Source: Takakia lepidozioides (Eukaryota; Plantae; Bryophyta). From it: DNA of 64,000 nt. The position numbers and the translations under genes are program-made. Position 1 is the stretch's first letter, and every line of letters begins with the position of its first letter. The notes beneath the pieces were generated by a model, which was not told the DNA's origin, searched no databases, and saw nothing but the letters and a program-made list of their open reading frames with translations. The stretch is taken from positions 52,762,001 to 52,826,000 of the forward strand of contig CM060734.1 of NCBI GenBank assembly GCA_030704615.1. Direction: 5' to 3'. Positions 11,341-24,331 of this stretch are shown piece after piece.

Positions 11341-14300
11341 CTAGCCCCACCGCACAATTGCAGAGCCCCATGTGAGGCCAGCTCCAAATCCGGCGGTGGC
11401 TACAATATGCCCTGGCTTCACAAGCCCGCTTCGAACAGCTTCATCGAGTGCTAGGGGGATTGATGCTGCACTGGTGTTGCCATAGTTTGCAAGGTTGGAT
11501 ATTACTCTTTCTGATGGTATCTGCAGACGCTCTGACACCGAGTCAAGAATTCTCTGATTTGCCTGTGGTCACCACAAGCCAACGATACATGTTATCATTG
11601 TCCATTGCATGTCAAACCCTAAAACTGCTCAGCTACTAAAGAAAGGCTTTGTACTATCAAAAGGCTTTTGCTTCAATAACACCTTCCTAAGCAAAAATGC
11701 ACCCTACCAGATACCTGTCAACAGATCTATCTGCTTCACCAAAGCGGAGTTCACTGGGATGGAGGAAGTAAGCACAGGCACACAGGCAAGCAGACAGACA
11801 AAGACAATAAAATGGGAGCTGAGATAGCCGATCTGATTCCTTACTTGGTGGAGAAGCAACCAGTCCAAATTTGCTCCAGTAAGGCCAGCCTCCTCTAATG
11901 CTGCTTCCACCACCTGGGGCACTGCTCGTACAGCAAACCGGAAGACCTCCTTCCCATTCATTTGAAGACATTTGTAGGATGCTCTGGCCGGCAACTTTGT
12001 GAGGGTGCCATTTGTTGCAGCTCCATTCTGTGGGGAAATTTCAATGTTGTCTAATTGTACATGCAAACTCCTGCAGCTCCCATCATCTTGTCATTCAAAT
12101 GTACATCACCCTCTCTTTTCTTCCCTGAATGCAGAAGTGCTCAAAGCAGGGAGTCACTTGAATAGATATGCAGCTCACACTGCTTCTGAGCTAAAGATTT
12201 TGATTGCATCGGGGGCATGGCTGAGTGTGCATCAAATGACTATGATGCCCTGCTGGTTGCAGTTCATAACAATAGGTGATTTCTGGTATCAGCCCTTTCC
12301 ATGGTTATCAGAACCCAATTTGCTGCCTATAGCAGCTACACAGAGGAGGAAGTAAGATAGAGAAGACTCACTTGTGGCCACCTCCATCACTACGTAGATC
12401 AAATCCAAGCAAGCTGTCCTGATCATCACTTGCTGCCTGTATGCGAAGTATCAGCACAGTATCGCAGATATCAGTGCACACAAGGGAATTACTTAGAATA
12501 GTCAAACCTCTGCAATAAAAACAAATGGTAGCAAAAGGTCTCCACTCATGAAAGTTAGGCCCAGCCACAAACAGTATCTCAGCAGTTTGCTGTCTGAGAT
12601 TGTGCAGCTCTCCCCAGAACTGGTTTTTACTACAACTTGCACTTGTGAATGTGAAAATGGAAGTCTTCTGCATACCTGCAAGACCAAAGCCCCTGAAGCA
12701 TCCCCGAAAAGGATGCAAGTGCCTCTGTCTGTCCAATCCACATATCTGGATAGAGCATCTGCACCTATCACCAGCACATTCTTGTAGCCTCCACCTGCAC
12801 CCAACCATTCTCTTCCTTTTCAGGATTAAAGGGTACAAAATGTTGGCCATCAGATATCCTAAGCGGTGATGCAAATGCAACCATGTAGTAGGGTAAATAT
12901 TGGTTTTTGTGAGGCCCACAGCGTTCAGGCAGGAGGAGGGAAGGCATGCATGGAGAAAACAAAGGGGCGGGAGAAAGTGGCACACAGAGCGTGGGCACTC
13001 GAGAGAGAAAGAGAGAGAGAGCAGCAGCAGCAGCATACCCTTGATAAACCGAGTGGCTGTTACGAGCCCCAACACAAAACCACTGCATGCAGCTGTCAAA
13101 TCAAATGCTAGGGCATTATGGCATCCCAGCGCCTTCTGCACCTGAGACATTAAACACATCCATACCAATTGATTTGAGAGCTGAAATACTGCGCTTGTCT
13201 TCCTGTATGGCCCTTTGGCTCCATCAACCACATGGATGCCAAATCAATCAATCACTGACTGATAGGCAGATTTCCTAATTAATCAGTTATCAACCTTGCC
13301 CTCCCACCTCAACATATGCCCGTTGTACACAAATGTGAAGCTCTGCAAACACCAATTTCTCAAAATGCCACATTTTGAACCCTCTGTCAAACAGCAATGA
13401 TGCAATTGACTACAATGACACTGCTATTTCTCTCGGTGGACAAATACCTACCTGAGGGGCACTGCCAAAGAGATCGTCGGGAGTAGATGTGCAGAGCAAC
13501 ACCAGATCAACATCCTGAGGTTTCACACAGGCCATTTCAAGGGCCTTTCTAGAGGCCTCAACAGATAGGCTTGTGATGGTCTCATCCTCTGCATCCCTGG
13601 CAAACCTCCTCATTAGCACAGCTACAGTTGCAATAACAGAAGTATCTTGCAGACACCCATAACATAGCTATACCTTGCTAGTTTTAGTGGTTTTGCCCCA
13701 GCAGGACTATCTCTTACCCACCCACACACACACACACCCCCCCCCCGGGGCTCTCTCTCTCCCTCTCTTCACAACTACCTACCCTTGGCACTAGACTGAA
13801 ATTGAGACTCAGGGCCAGGAGCCTACCTTTGAACCATAAACAGATGCAGAGAGGAAAAGGAGATTGTAATTGCCCGATTGCAGCCTGAAGACAATACCCA
13901 TTTTCTGGGATTGTCCGGGGTATCCTCACCAGACTGACCCTCTTCAGGAACATCAAGAACATGAATCCTGCACCTCTGTTCACCAACTTTGATAAATCTT
14001 GAGGCTGAGCCTAAAGCCCTGGCCCTTTCAGGGTCTAGCTTTGGGCTACTCACACCCTGCAGATTGATGCTTGTGTGAAGGATTATCTGGAGTATATCTG
14101 GAAATCCTGAACTGTTGGCTTTACCAAGGTAAGTCAAACTACCAGAGTGAGCCTCCACATAGGTAGTTTCCATCCCCAAAGTTTTCGGCCAAACTGGATG
14201 CCAGGTCTATGGCCACAAGGCTACAGCAAAAACAAAGTCTTATGAGTACATTCCCTTCTTCACAGCAACTTTGCCCCAAGAGAAGACAAGGCAATCCAGA

Positions 14301-14917
14301 TTTTTCGGAGGAACAGATTCTCGCCTGAAAGCACCCGCCTGCTTCGGATGCCAGTGCGAACAGAAATCCATTCATCTGAAGTATCCATAAATTTGGAAAG
14401 GTCATCATTCGATATCACATTCTTTGGAACAGCTGACCCACAGCCAACCAATTTTGAACCCCTCCCAACAAGCCTGCCATGCCGTACAGATGGAATGAAG
14501 CCTGTCAGCACTGCTAGCCAGGAACTCCAACATGGGCATATCACAGACATAATGAGCAATGACCTGGAAAATGAGGATGAGAGATCAAGGGGCCTAGGCA
14601 TGAAGGCCTTAGGGATCAATAGTGACTGGAGGGAGAAATTCACCAAAGAAAATATAATACCGTGGAATTCGAGGAGTAGCTCCGGCAGGATGGGAGCCTT
14701 CTTCTTCACGGATATCTGTTGATGGGCTTGTTGTTGAGCATCTCACACCCTCGAATCCCAAGCGTTTTCTATAGCCAATTTGATGGTTTGTTTTCCCTGA
14801 CACTTCAGAGAAAGGAAATGAAACTCGGCTTGAAACTCGGTTCACGGAGAAGGATATTCCGGAAGGAGATGAACTTGCAGGAATGCAGGCCGACTGTATT
14901 GTTGCGGGACCTGCCAT
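11341..14917 (-). CDS. fabH: 3-oxoacyl-[ACP] synthase III (KAS III), plastid-targeted, 425 aa
   Basis: Exons 14661-14917, 14325-14473, 13452-13588, 13039-13141, 12676-12794, 12372-12436, 11845-12070 and 11341-11562 total 1278 nt and are open. Catalytic motifs AACSG, LLHQAN and GNTSAAS are present. The N-terminus is Ser-rich and transit-peptide-like. Confidence 0.95.
13775..14250 (+). mobile_element. 5'-truncated copy of the same LINE family in KAS III intron 2
   Basis: Aligns by eye to 175-650. Ends GGCCACAAGGCTACAGCAAAAACAAAGTCTTATGAGTACA and is preceded by a CT-repeat at 13751-13770. Confidence 0.9.
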
Positions 14918-16535
14918 CGGACTCCAACACTACTCTTCCCCTCGACAGAATGGAATCCAACGTAGGACGTACGTGCGATAAAATATCGCAAGGATTTCTT
15001 TTTCCCAGTCACTGAGAGTAATCAGGGGTAATAATCGCTCAGAAGGAAAAGGAAGGGCGAGGGCCAGGCAGTGAGCAAACGAGCTGAGAAAAATCCCTCT
15101 CGACGAGTACAATCCTAATAGACCTGTTTTCCCACAGCAAAATTAACGGAGGAGTGTGCGGCGACCCCTATGCTGACCGTCTTGAGATTGACGAAAGCGT
15201 GCAGAGCACACAGCACCTCGCCCTCTTCCTTCCACCACAATAAATTCCAATGTCCGACAACACAACGAGATCTTGAAGCACAGAGCTTCGCACAGCGAAA
15301 ACGGAGACAGATTCTCAACCTTGCCTGTAAAAACCTCTGCCGAATTACGAGCAGAGCAAATACTTCCTCACGGAACCGCCTTTAAATCCAACCAAACGGA
15401 ACGGGATTCAGCAAACTGAGCAGCCTCTCCTCAACAAAGCGGCAAAGAGAAAAGACCGGGATCCACGATTAAACACAGCCTAGCATCAGCAACGGCTCTT
15501 CAATAAAGAGGCAGAAAGGAGAGCATTCAAAGGGAAAATATAATCTTATCCAAAGCATATCTTTCCGTGTTTCTTCCTCCTTCCTCCCGAGTCAAATGAG
15601 GTCCAAACTAGGCACAGCTACTAGAAATCGATGCTGATACAAGCGATTGAAGAAGAGCTACGGCGCTGACTCTGGAGACATAGACAATAATATTATACAA
15701 AGCATACCTTTCGGCATTCCTTGTCGCTCTCCGCAACTACATGAGATTCAACCTCGGATCCAATGCTCAACAAGCAGGCAGACAGGCAGCGATGGAGGCA
15801 GCGGAGCTTTAAACAGCGGAGCTATGGCGACGAGCAGCACGCCGGGGCAGCGCAGCGAGGTTCCCAAGAGGGACGGAACGCGTGCGGATCGGGGTTCGAC
15901 CCCACCACCGCGGCTTTCTCCTCGCGCTCTCCGCCTTCGACCCGGGCTATGCTCCACCGATGGATGTCGTCCATCGTTACACCGCTGACATCCGTCACCT
16001 CCTCCTTGAGGTTGTGTGAAACGGATGAAGTTTCGGTGGAACGTGTGGGGGAGAAGATACAAGACACTTTAGTTATTTTAAATATGAGAATGTCATCAGT
16101 CAACGAAAATCATCTATATATGTAAGAAAGGATCCCCTTTTTAGCCCCGCGAGTCAGGCCTAAGTTATGGCTTTTTCTGGGTAATTAATTTTTCCCTCCA
16201 TCACAGTGAGACGGTTAAATCATGGCAGGGTCTTGGCAAGTCTTTTTCTTTTCTTTTCTTTTCTTTTTCTTTTCCCCAAAATAAGAAAATAAGAAAAAAG
16301 GGAAAAAAAAAGTTAATCGATATTTTTTTTTTAAAGATAGATATTCATGGAAACCAGAAACATAAAAATTCACTGTACACTCTACCCTGGTTAATTGTTG
16401 TATCAACACTTAGGAGAGTTAAATACAAAACAGATAACCATGATTGTAGATCTAAGATTGGCAAATACAGATGTACTGGGTCATTTTCTAAATTGTTTTT
16501 CCAAGGAAACCCAAAACACAGCCACCAGGGCCCTA

Positions 16536-17247
16536 GGGCCAACTTCCATGTCTTGGCCGTCCCGGCCAAGTTATCCAAAGTTGACCGACGTCGGTGGAGC
16601 ATGGCCGACTCGTGGGATGGATGGTTGCGTTTATGTGCATAGGGTTCAAGCAGAATCGGGCAGTAGGTCTGCCTTGGTGTCCAAGGCGCCCGGACCAATT
16701 GAGCCGGACAAAGGGTGAGTCCCCCGAGCAATGTGCACCAAGGTGACCTTCACAGCAGGTAAAAGAGACATGGCAACCTAGTATAGCAGGTCAAAAGCGA
16801 TTACCAATATCGGCCATGAACTCTGGTGCCAAATTCCCTAGGTATTATGACCACCGATGTCTGGACGTCGGCGAAATTTAACGCATGGAAACAGCAGTGT
16901 TTTTTTTTTCACTTTTCCAAAATCGCTAGCAGGGCGACATGTAGATTCTACGCGACGCCCATGTGGCGAGAATAACGAGGTGACAGCTGGAAAAGAGGCT
17001 ATATTACAGGTGTCATATTTTAACAGGTCCACGTAGGATATATCTGGCTCCTGGTATTTATCCTTTGGCGCTTTCTGGCGATTTTCTTGATTTTTTAATC
17101 CCAGAATCCCTTAGTAAAAGTAGCTGACCCATTTTCCAGGTCGAAATCTGGCGATTATTCGGCAGAAAAAAAAACACTGGGAAGCAGGGTGTCATTTTTG
17201 TCATCTAGTGCCAACTTGGCCGATGGCCGAGACATGGAAGTTGGCCC
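16536..17247. mobile_element. PIF/Harbinger-like MITE
   Basis: ~36-bp imperfect TIRs GGGCCAACTTCCATGTCTTGGCC... / ...GGCCGAGACATGGAAGTTGGCCC, with 3-bp flanks CTA/TTA. Confidence 0.75.
16895..17179. mobile_element. hAT-like MITE nested inside the Harbinger-like MITE
   Basis: TIRs CAGTGTTTTTTTTT / AAAAAAAAACACTG, with an 8-bp TSD GGAAACAG / GGAAGCAG. Confidence 0.85.
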
Positions 17248-18054
17248 TTAAGGCCTTAAGGGGGGAAATCAACTATCTTTCTGAGCCATAGCGTGAAGGC
17301 AGGTCACAGAGGATTGAACCCCAGACCCATAGGGCAATGCACACTGGCAGATTTTTTTCTTTTTTCTCTTAATAAATGGGGAGGAAGCCATGAAATTCAT
17401 ATTAAGTAATCATTGAGGGAATACATCAAAGAATACCACCGGCCAAGGCCCTCGTGTGTCAAATTTAAAGTTTTTAAGCAGATATGATGAGTGATTCATA
17501 TGCCCTAATGTGTGAGTCTGGCGTCTTGAAGTTACACACTTGTAAAACTTAATTAATAATCTAATATAAAGTATTATGGGATTTTTGTCAGACTTCATTT
17601 TTATGAATAAATGAGAATAATTTTCTTCTTTAAAAACAAGTGGCTAGTAGTGTAATGGCTCCATCCAAGTTATAGATGTTCGTATTGCAAGTCTAAATCT
17701 GTATCTATGCAGGTAGGAGTATAAAATGTCAAAATACAAAAAATTGTTGAAGAAAACAAAATGTGATACTTGAAAAAAGAAAAGTTGATCTTGGAGGCTC
17801 CCCAAGATTGTTTGTGCCTTATGGCCCCCACGAGGTTATTTTTCCTTTTCCTCTACTATGAGTTACAGGGCTCCATTCCCCTTTTTTTTAATATTATTTT
17901 TTAAATAAATAAATTTTATTTTTTTAAATAAATAAAAATAAAAATAAAAATAAAAAACCCGCGAAAGAGGGTTTATTCCTCCCCTCAACTTCAACGAGGG
18001 TTGGACTACGCAAAGGGTTTTGATGCTTAGCACATATACTTGCAATTAAGTAAG

Positions 18055-21000
18055 TGTAACGGGAATATTCCATCCATATCTATAAATGACATAAGTGAAT
18101 TCCCTGGTCATATTCCCTGGTCATAAGATAAGATAAATGCCATATGTCATTATCCATTCCTGGAATGGATTCCTTGAGCCATTCATTAGCCATTCCTGGA
18201 CCTAGATTCTTATGACCTTGTCATATTCCTTGGTCCTCCTTGAGTGAAATCCCTAGATGAACAGTTTTATGCATGTTGAGTACGTCTAGTACTAGCCATC
18301 ATCACAGGCCAATATTCTCTCCCCAAGGAAGACAATGACTTATGGATAATAGGGTTGCTTCATCGAGCTCAGACTATGTCAGTGAGCTGCTAAGAACTGT
18401 GGGAGAGGATCTTACTAAGCGGGCATTGTATTCTACGCAAAGCTGCAACTTGCCTAGCTCGGCACTATCCCAAGTAGAGATTCTTATAATTATGATTATG
18501 GGGAATTTTTGAGCCTGAGGAGCTTGCTGATGAAAACATTCAAATAGATGAAGCCATGGTGTTTGAGAACGAGCAACTAGAGCTTGAGGGATGGTTTTTT
18601 AATTTGAAACCTAGTTCTTCGCTAATTTATGTAAGTTCTTTGTTGCCGAGAAGGAGAGGGTTTTGTGTTGGATTAGTGACCCGGCAGCATTGGTTGGCCC
18701 AGGTTCGTCGTGTAATTGAAATTGAGCTCTCGCTCAGGAGGTAGTTTCGATTGCCTATCAGTTAGTTCAGACAAAGGTTCATGTGTTTTGGAAGTCTTGA
18801 AGTAAGGCAACTTGGGCTAAGCTATCTCTATTTGCTCGTTGGGCACGCCTTTGGTTTCCTACGATTTGGTTGATTCCTTGGAACTCGCTTTGTTTACAAG
18901 TGGCGCAGGTTCCATTCTCTTGAGATTACTAAGATTTGGGGGCTTTAATGTAGTGTTATCTCCTTCCTCTCGTGACCTATTCGACGTGCTCTCGGGTCCT
19001 AGTAAAGTTTAATCATGCATTTCAGTGACATAGTTATTCTACCTCATGAACAATGTCTTGCGGACAATTGAAAAGCTAAGGGTGTTTGATTCGATCGAAC
19101 CTAGAGAGACATTCGTTTTTGGGAGGACAATCGCTTACCTTGTGTTGAGTTTTGACAAAAAGTTGACGAGGGTGGAATTGGTTGGCACTCTCTAAACAAG
19201 ACCCTAGTGGGGGGGACTTCCAAATATCCATTCAACGTGCAAAAAACTATAGGGTGCAATATATTCTTGGCAGATAGAATTTAAAAAACAATTACAAGTA
19301 AATATGGGTACCAATATATCGTGGTTTCGGAATATAAACTAGTACTATTGATTTTTTTTACAACTACCAATTGGGTCCCGATAAAGATCGGGGACACATG
19401 TCGTCTGGTTACTAGTTTATTTGCAATGGGTACTTCAAAATCGTGGGCTAGACTTGGATTTGGGGACTGGACTGTTGACGACACTTGGTTCATGGGGAAG
19501 GAAATCTAGAGGGCACATTAAATTCAAGTATGCTAAACTGATAGTAAATGGATAGCCATAGATTCAATCATTAGTTCCGTTACTATGACTATTGACAAAA
19601 TTCAAAATGCTTACATCATGAAGTAGAAGTTACCAATAGAGATGGCTCCCGATATGAGCGTTGGGCCTTGTAACCATACCTATTAGATTTCCCAAAAAAA
19701 AAAAAAAAATCCTATATGCATTGCAGTCACCACAGGAGACCATTTCTTTTGGGTCTGGACTGGATGACATGGGTTATGGCATCCATGTATTTGATGGATT
19801 TTCTCTAAGGTTTCCCAGCAGAGAAGGACATGAGGTGGTGGTGGTGCCTCTGAAGCCAGTCAAGATGAATTTAGGATGCACTATGGCAAGCCTCTCCCGA
19901 ATTCGAGCCATGGTGAGGGAAGTAAGGCAACGAGCCTATGGTGATATGAGCTGGCCTGATCTTATAATGTTCAAACCTAATCCTTCCTTGTTGTATGAGT
20001 GGCATACATTCCTAGGCCAAATCTGAAGACTGGAGCCCCATTTGTGGTTCTGATGAAAAATAGTACTTTGATAAGAGCTCCATGTGACGACACCATTCCT
20101 TCCATGTGTCAACAGATAGTCAAAACACATTTGGCTTATATTTTCCCAATGGCCACTACTCAGAATTGGTGGCTGGCACAAGTGTACAGCCCTGAAACAT
20201 TGTATTGTAGCCACTGGGGTTATTGATAGAGGTGACAAGGAGGAAGTTAAACTCCTTATTACCAATCCTGAACGGTTTCGTATAACAATTAAGAAAGAAC
20301 AAGTTTTGTTGGCCAGAATTTATGCCCGTCCAGCTATTGTTGAAATTGAAGAAATTTTAGCCTGGTTTTGGTCTTGACTAGGCCTTGGGCATTGTCCATG
20401 GTGAGGCTGATTTGGTCACTCTCTTTTTCAGCAACTCTATTCTGCCTTTGCGCCACAACACCAAGCTGAGTGGGCAGGAAAGACAAAACCTTGCCAAGGT
20501 TCTCAAGGAGGTCAAGCTCAATCCTTTGTTGAGTGATGATCAACGGAGACAAGTAGAAGCTTTGTTGCTTGTAACCTTGATGTTTTCAGCCTAGGAACTT
20601 CTGACCTTGGGAAGACTTCTATCCTGCAATATGACAATATAGTTACTGAAGGTCCTCATGTCAAATAGTATGCCTATCATGGGAGTGTGAATGAGAGGAC
20701 CATAGTGCAAGAAGAAATTAAAACGATGCTAGACGCGGAACTGATTAAACCATCAGTCTCTCCTTGGGCAAGTCCCATTGTGTTTGTTGGAAAGAAGGAT
20801 GAAAACACCCGTTTTTTTGTGGACTTTCAACGTTTAAATGCAGTAACCAAGAGGATGCTTATCCTCTTCTTAGCTAGAATTAATGAAACTTTGGATATGT
20901 TGCATGGAGCCACAATGTTTTCTTCATTAGATCAAGATTGCTACTAGATTTTGGCAAGTGCCACTTACAGAAGAAGCAAAGGAGAAAACATCATTTGTGT

Positions 21001-21410
21001 ATAGGATAGGCAAATACCATTATGATACAATGTCATTTGGCTTGTGCAATGCTACCTCTATTTTTCAACGTCTTATGGATGTTATAGTTCTTGGTAACCT
21101 AAGATGGGAGTAATTGATGACATAAATGTATATTGGGCCACTTTTGAGGCTCATATCTTGGATTTACAACGTGTATTCAGCAAACTGAGATGGGCTGGCA
21201 TGAAAGTCAAGCCCAAGAATTGTGAGTTGTGCATGCCTGCACTATATTTCCTGGGGCATGTCCTATCCAAGGATGGCCTAAAACCTGATCCTAAAACACT
21301 TCGGGGGGTTTGGGAGTTTTCCCATTCCCAAAAACAAGCATTGCATTAAATCCTTCATCAGCATGGCTTTCCATTATCGCAAGTTCATCAAAGATTTTGC
21401 CAAGAATATT
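18055..21410 (+). mobile_element. Degenerate Ty3/gypsy retrotransposon (putative 5' LTR 18055-18898, PBS-like TGGCGCAG at 18901, RT ~20600-21400), truncated at the right
   Basis: TGTAAC...TTTACA LTR-like ends. RT motifs IKPSVSPWASPIVFVGKKD, RFFVDFQRLN, IDDINVY and FLGHVLSKDGLKPDP, with stops and frameshifts. Confidence 0.8.
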
Positions 21411-24331
21411 GTTTGTGCTGGTGCTCATGGCCAGTACTGGTCTAGCTTTTTAGGTCAGCCATTCCTACCGCCTAACCAATGTATTACATGATTGAATTTT
21501 AAATTGGTTACCATGTGTGGTTTGCACATAGGATTATACTGTTAAATCCTTGGGCACATTGGTATCTCTATCACTCTTTGTTTTTACCATCGAGATTTCT
21601 TTTCCTTCTTTGACAATGACTCTCTTTGAATCATTGTGTGCTTGCAATGCAATGGTTGACTTTATCTGTTCAATCTCTCTCCTTCTGTCCAGTCCTTGGC
21701 ACCTGTTCCTGAACACATTGAAGTCCTCGTATTTGATTGCAGATACTCAGAGTACATCATACCAGTGGTTGTTGAAGAGACTATGAAAGAATTTTTGGTT
21801 GATCGTGCTAATATTTCCAACAATGTGGGTGCAAGATATTGCATAAGGGTGAGGAGAATTTAGATTACAGAGCCAGTTCCATAGCTTACCATAGCTTGTT
21901 GTTGGATAAAGGGAGCCGGCTTATAATAGCAATTGTGGGTGACACATGGGCAGGCCATTGAGCTCAACGTCGATCAACCTCAGAAACCCTAGATGAGCGG
22001 AATGTGGTACTTGACCTCTCCCCTTCTTAATATCCAATTACAGATTTCTGAATGCCAACATCGTAGACCACCGAACAGCCTCCTATGTGACTTCCCCATG
22101 TCTGTCTGCTCCTTGCCAGTGTCATCCTCATGTTAGGGTCTGATTTGTCCATGTCAATCTTGCAAACAGACTCTTTTGGCATGCCCACTACTTTGCTGGT
22201 ACATGGGTGGAGTTGTGCTTGTTAAAGTTTTGGATATTGAATCCTAAGTAGCGATGACCTTAAATCTGGAGCTTTGAGCTATATAGGGGATAGTTCCACA
22301 ATGATTGTGAGCTGGCAGTGACAAGGGTGGCCATCTCTTGTGTGTCAAACTTGCAACTCTGAAAGTAGGTGGTGTAAAGAGAGTACTATAAAATAAAGCT
22401 TGAAGGACGGAAAACATTATGATGAGAAAAGACAAAGAAAATGCATTTTACATTTGTTGCACACTCTGAAGTGTGGACTCTGGAGCAGACCTTAAGAGAC
22501 AAGAATATGAGCCAACTCACAAGGAGGATGCCGCTGAAGGAAGCAGCGGGGATAAGTGCGGAAATTTTAACCTGCCCAAACTTGAACTTGGACGGACTAC
22601 CGAGAGGGCTCTTTTACAGAAGATAACCTTGCTTTTAACTTTGGTATGATACCTCTCTTCCTAAACTCTTGACAAGTGGGAATACCAAGAACTGTGATGC
22701 TTTCCCCGTTGGCTAACACTGCCTCATGATGTATTTTCATTTCTGCATATAGAACCTAAAACAGATCAGATCAGACCAGATCAGAGATTCAGATTGGATT
22801 GGATTGGAGAACCTAAATCGAAGATCACTTTCAGGAACGAATGCCCCTTCATTGTAGGATCTCAAAGTTGACAGCTTTCAAAGAGACATAGTGACTATAT
22901 TTGATGGCGCTGAAGCCATTATTTATGGCTACACCCACTACAGGGGGAAAGAATAAAAAAAATAAAAAAAAATGCGGGGGGGGGGGGGTGAGCTACGTCG
23001 CTAAAGCCCCCTTTTGGGGCAGGGTAGAAGCCCCAAATTGTGACGCCCGGGTGTCGCTAGAATATCATCGCTAATTAACGACGTAGGGGGTTGCTAGGTG
23101 ACGCTGGGGTGAATTGTGACCCCCGGACGTCGCCAAAAAAAAAAAAAAAAAAAACTCATCTGCGATGTCGCATTAGCGTTGTCCGGGGGTCGCAAGTTTA
23201 GGGGGGTACATTTGAATTTAGGTGGAAAATTTTGAATTTGAATTTCAAAAACTTGTTGACCATTGACTTCGGTTCTGTCCAAGGCAGTAAGTTCATTGTT
23301 CTAAAATATTATGCAATGCATACTTGAACCTAGGACCTCCACGTTGTAACATTTCTAAGATACTACATACTAACCAACACACCTAGGATACTAGTCTATG
23401 TATCACAAAAGTAGTCTATTAAGTATATATATATATACATATCAAGATTTCTTTCAAGATCATTCTAAATGGGTCCCTCTAGTGACGTCGGGGAGTTGCA
23501 ACCTCCGCAGCCTTAGTGCCTAGCCCCAGCCCCAGCCCCAGCGCCAACATCGTCACCGTAGTTGCAGCCCCAGCGCTAGATGCCCCAAGCGACGTCGTTG
23601 TGATGCCCTAAGTAGGCTACGACACTGTTGCGAACCCCTAGCGTTGCGAACCCCTAGCGTTGCAGCATTAGGCGCCCCAACGACGCTTTGGTGACGTTGA
23701 GGGGCCGCAAGGCCCCAAAAAAACAAAACAAAAAAAACCTTTGTGGCGACGCCAGTGCGACCTCCCGGCGTCGTAGCATTAGGCCCCCTAGCGTGGGATC
23801 CCCTTGTATGTACTGAGCAGCCCTATATTTGATGGCGTTGAAGCCATTATTTCTGGAGAGTCTATTCAATGTGTGCTGTTAGTTTTGTAAACAATGTATG
23901 TCGGTTCAAAGATGGTGCTGAAACTGAAGCTCTGGAGTTTGTCGAATGAGGACACACAACCAAAACTAATCAATCCGTTGGATTGCGGTGACAAAGACTC
24001 ATACGCCATCTTAAGAGAGCTATTGGAAGAGGCGGAGATAATTGATTGGCCCTATCTATGATCAATGAGCTATATTCCAATAGCTCAATTGCATTGCAAA
24101 CACAGAATGATTCAAAGAGAGTCATTGTCAAAGAGGGAAAAAAAATCTCGATGGTAAAAACAAAGAGTGATAGAGATACCAATGTGCCCAATGATTTTAC
24201 AGTATAATCTTGTGTGCAAACCACACATGATAACCGTTTACATTTTCAATCATGTAATACATTGGTTAGGCGGTAGGAATGGCTGACCTGGAAAGCTAGA
24301 CATGTACTAAACATGAGCACACAACACAAAC
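21411..24331. mobile_element. Element bounded by ~240-bp inverted repeats (21411-21653 and 24088-24331)
   Basis: The two arms are near reverse complements, and the same peptide text (LGTLVSLSLFVFTIEI) appears on opposite strands. No TSD found. Confidence 0.7.
22936..23810. mobile_element. CACTA-like non-autonomous element with GC-rich subterminal repeats
   Basis: Starts CACTACAGGGG and ends CCCCTTGTATG. Many GCGACCCC/CGTCGC-type repeats in both arms around an AT-rich core. Related sequence at 60382-60689. Confidence 0.6.
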
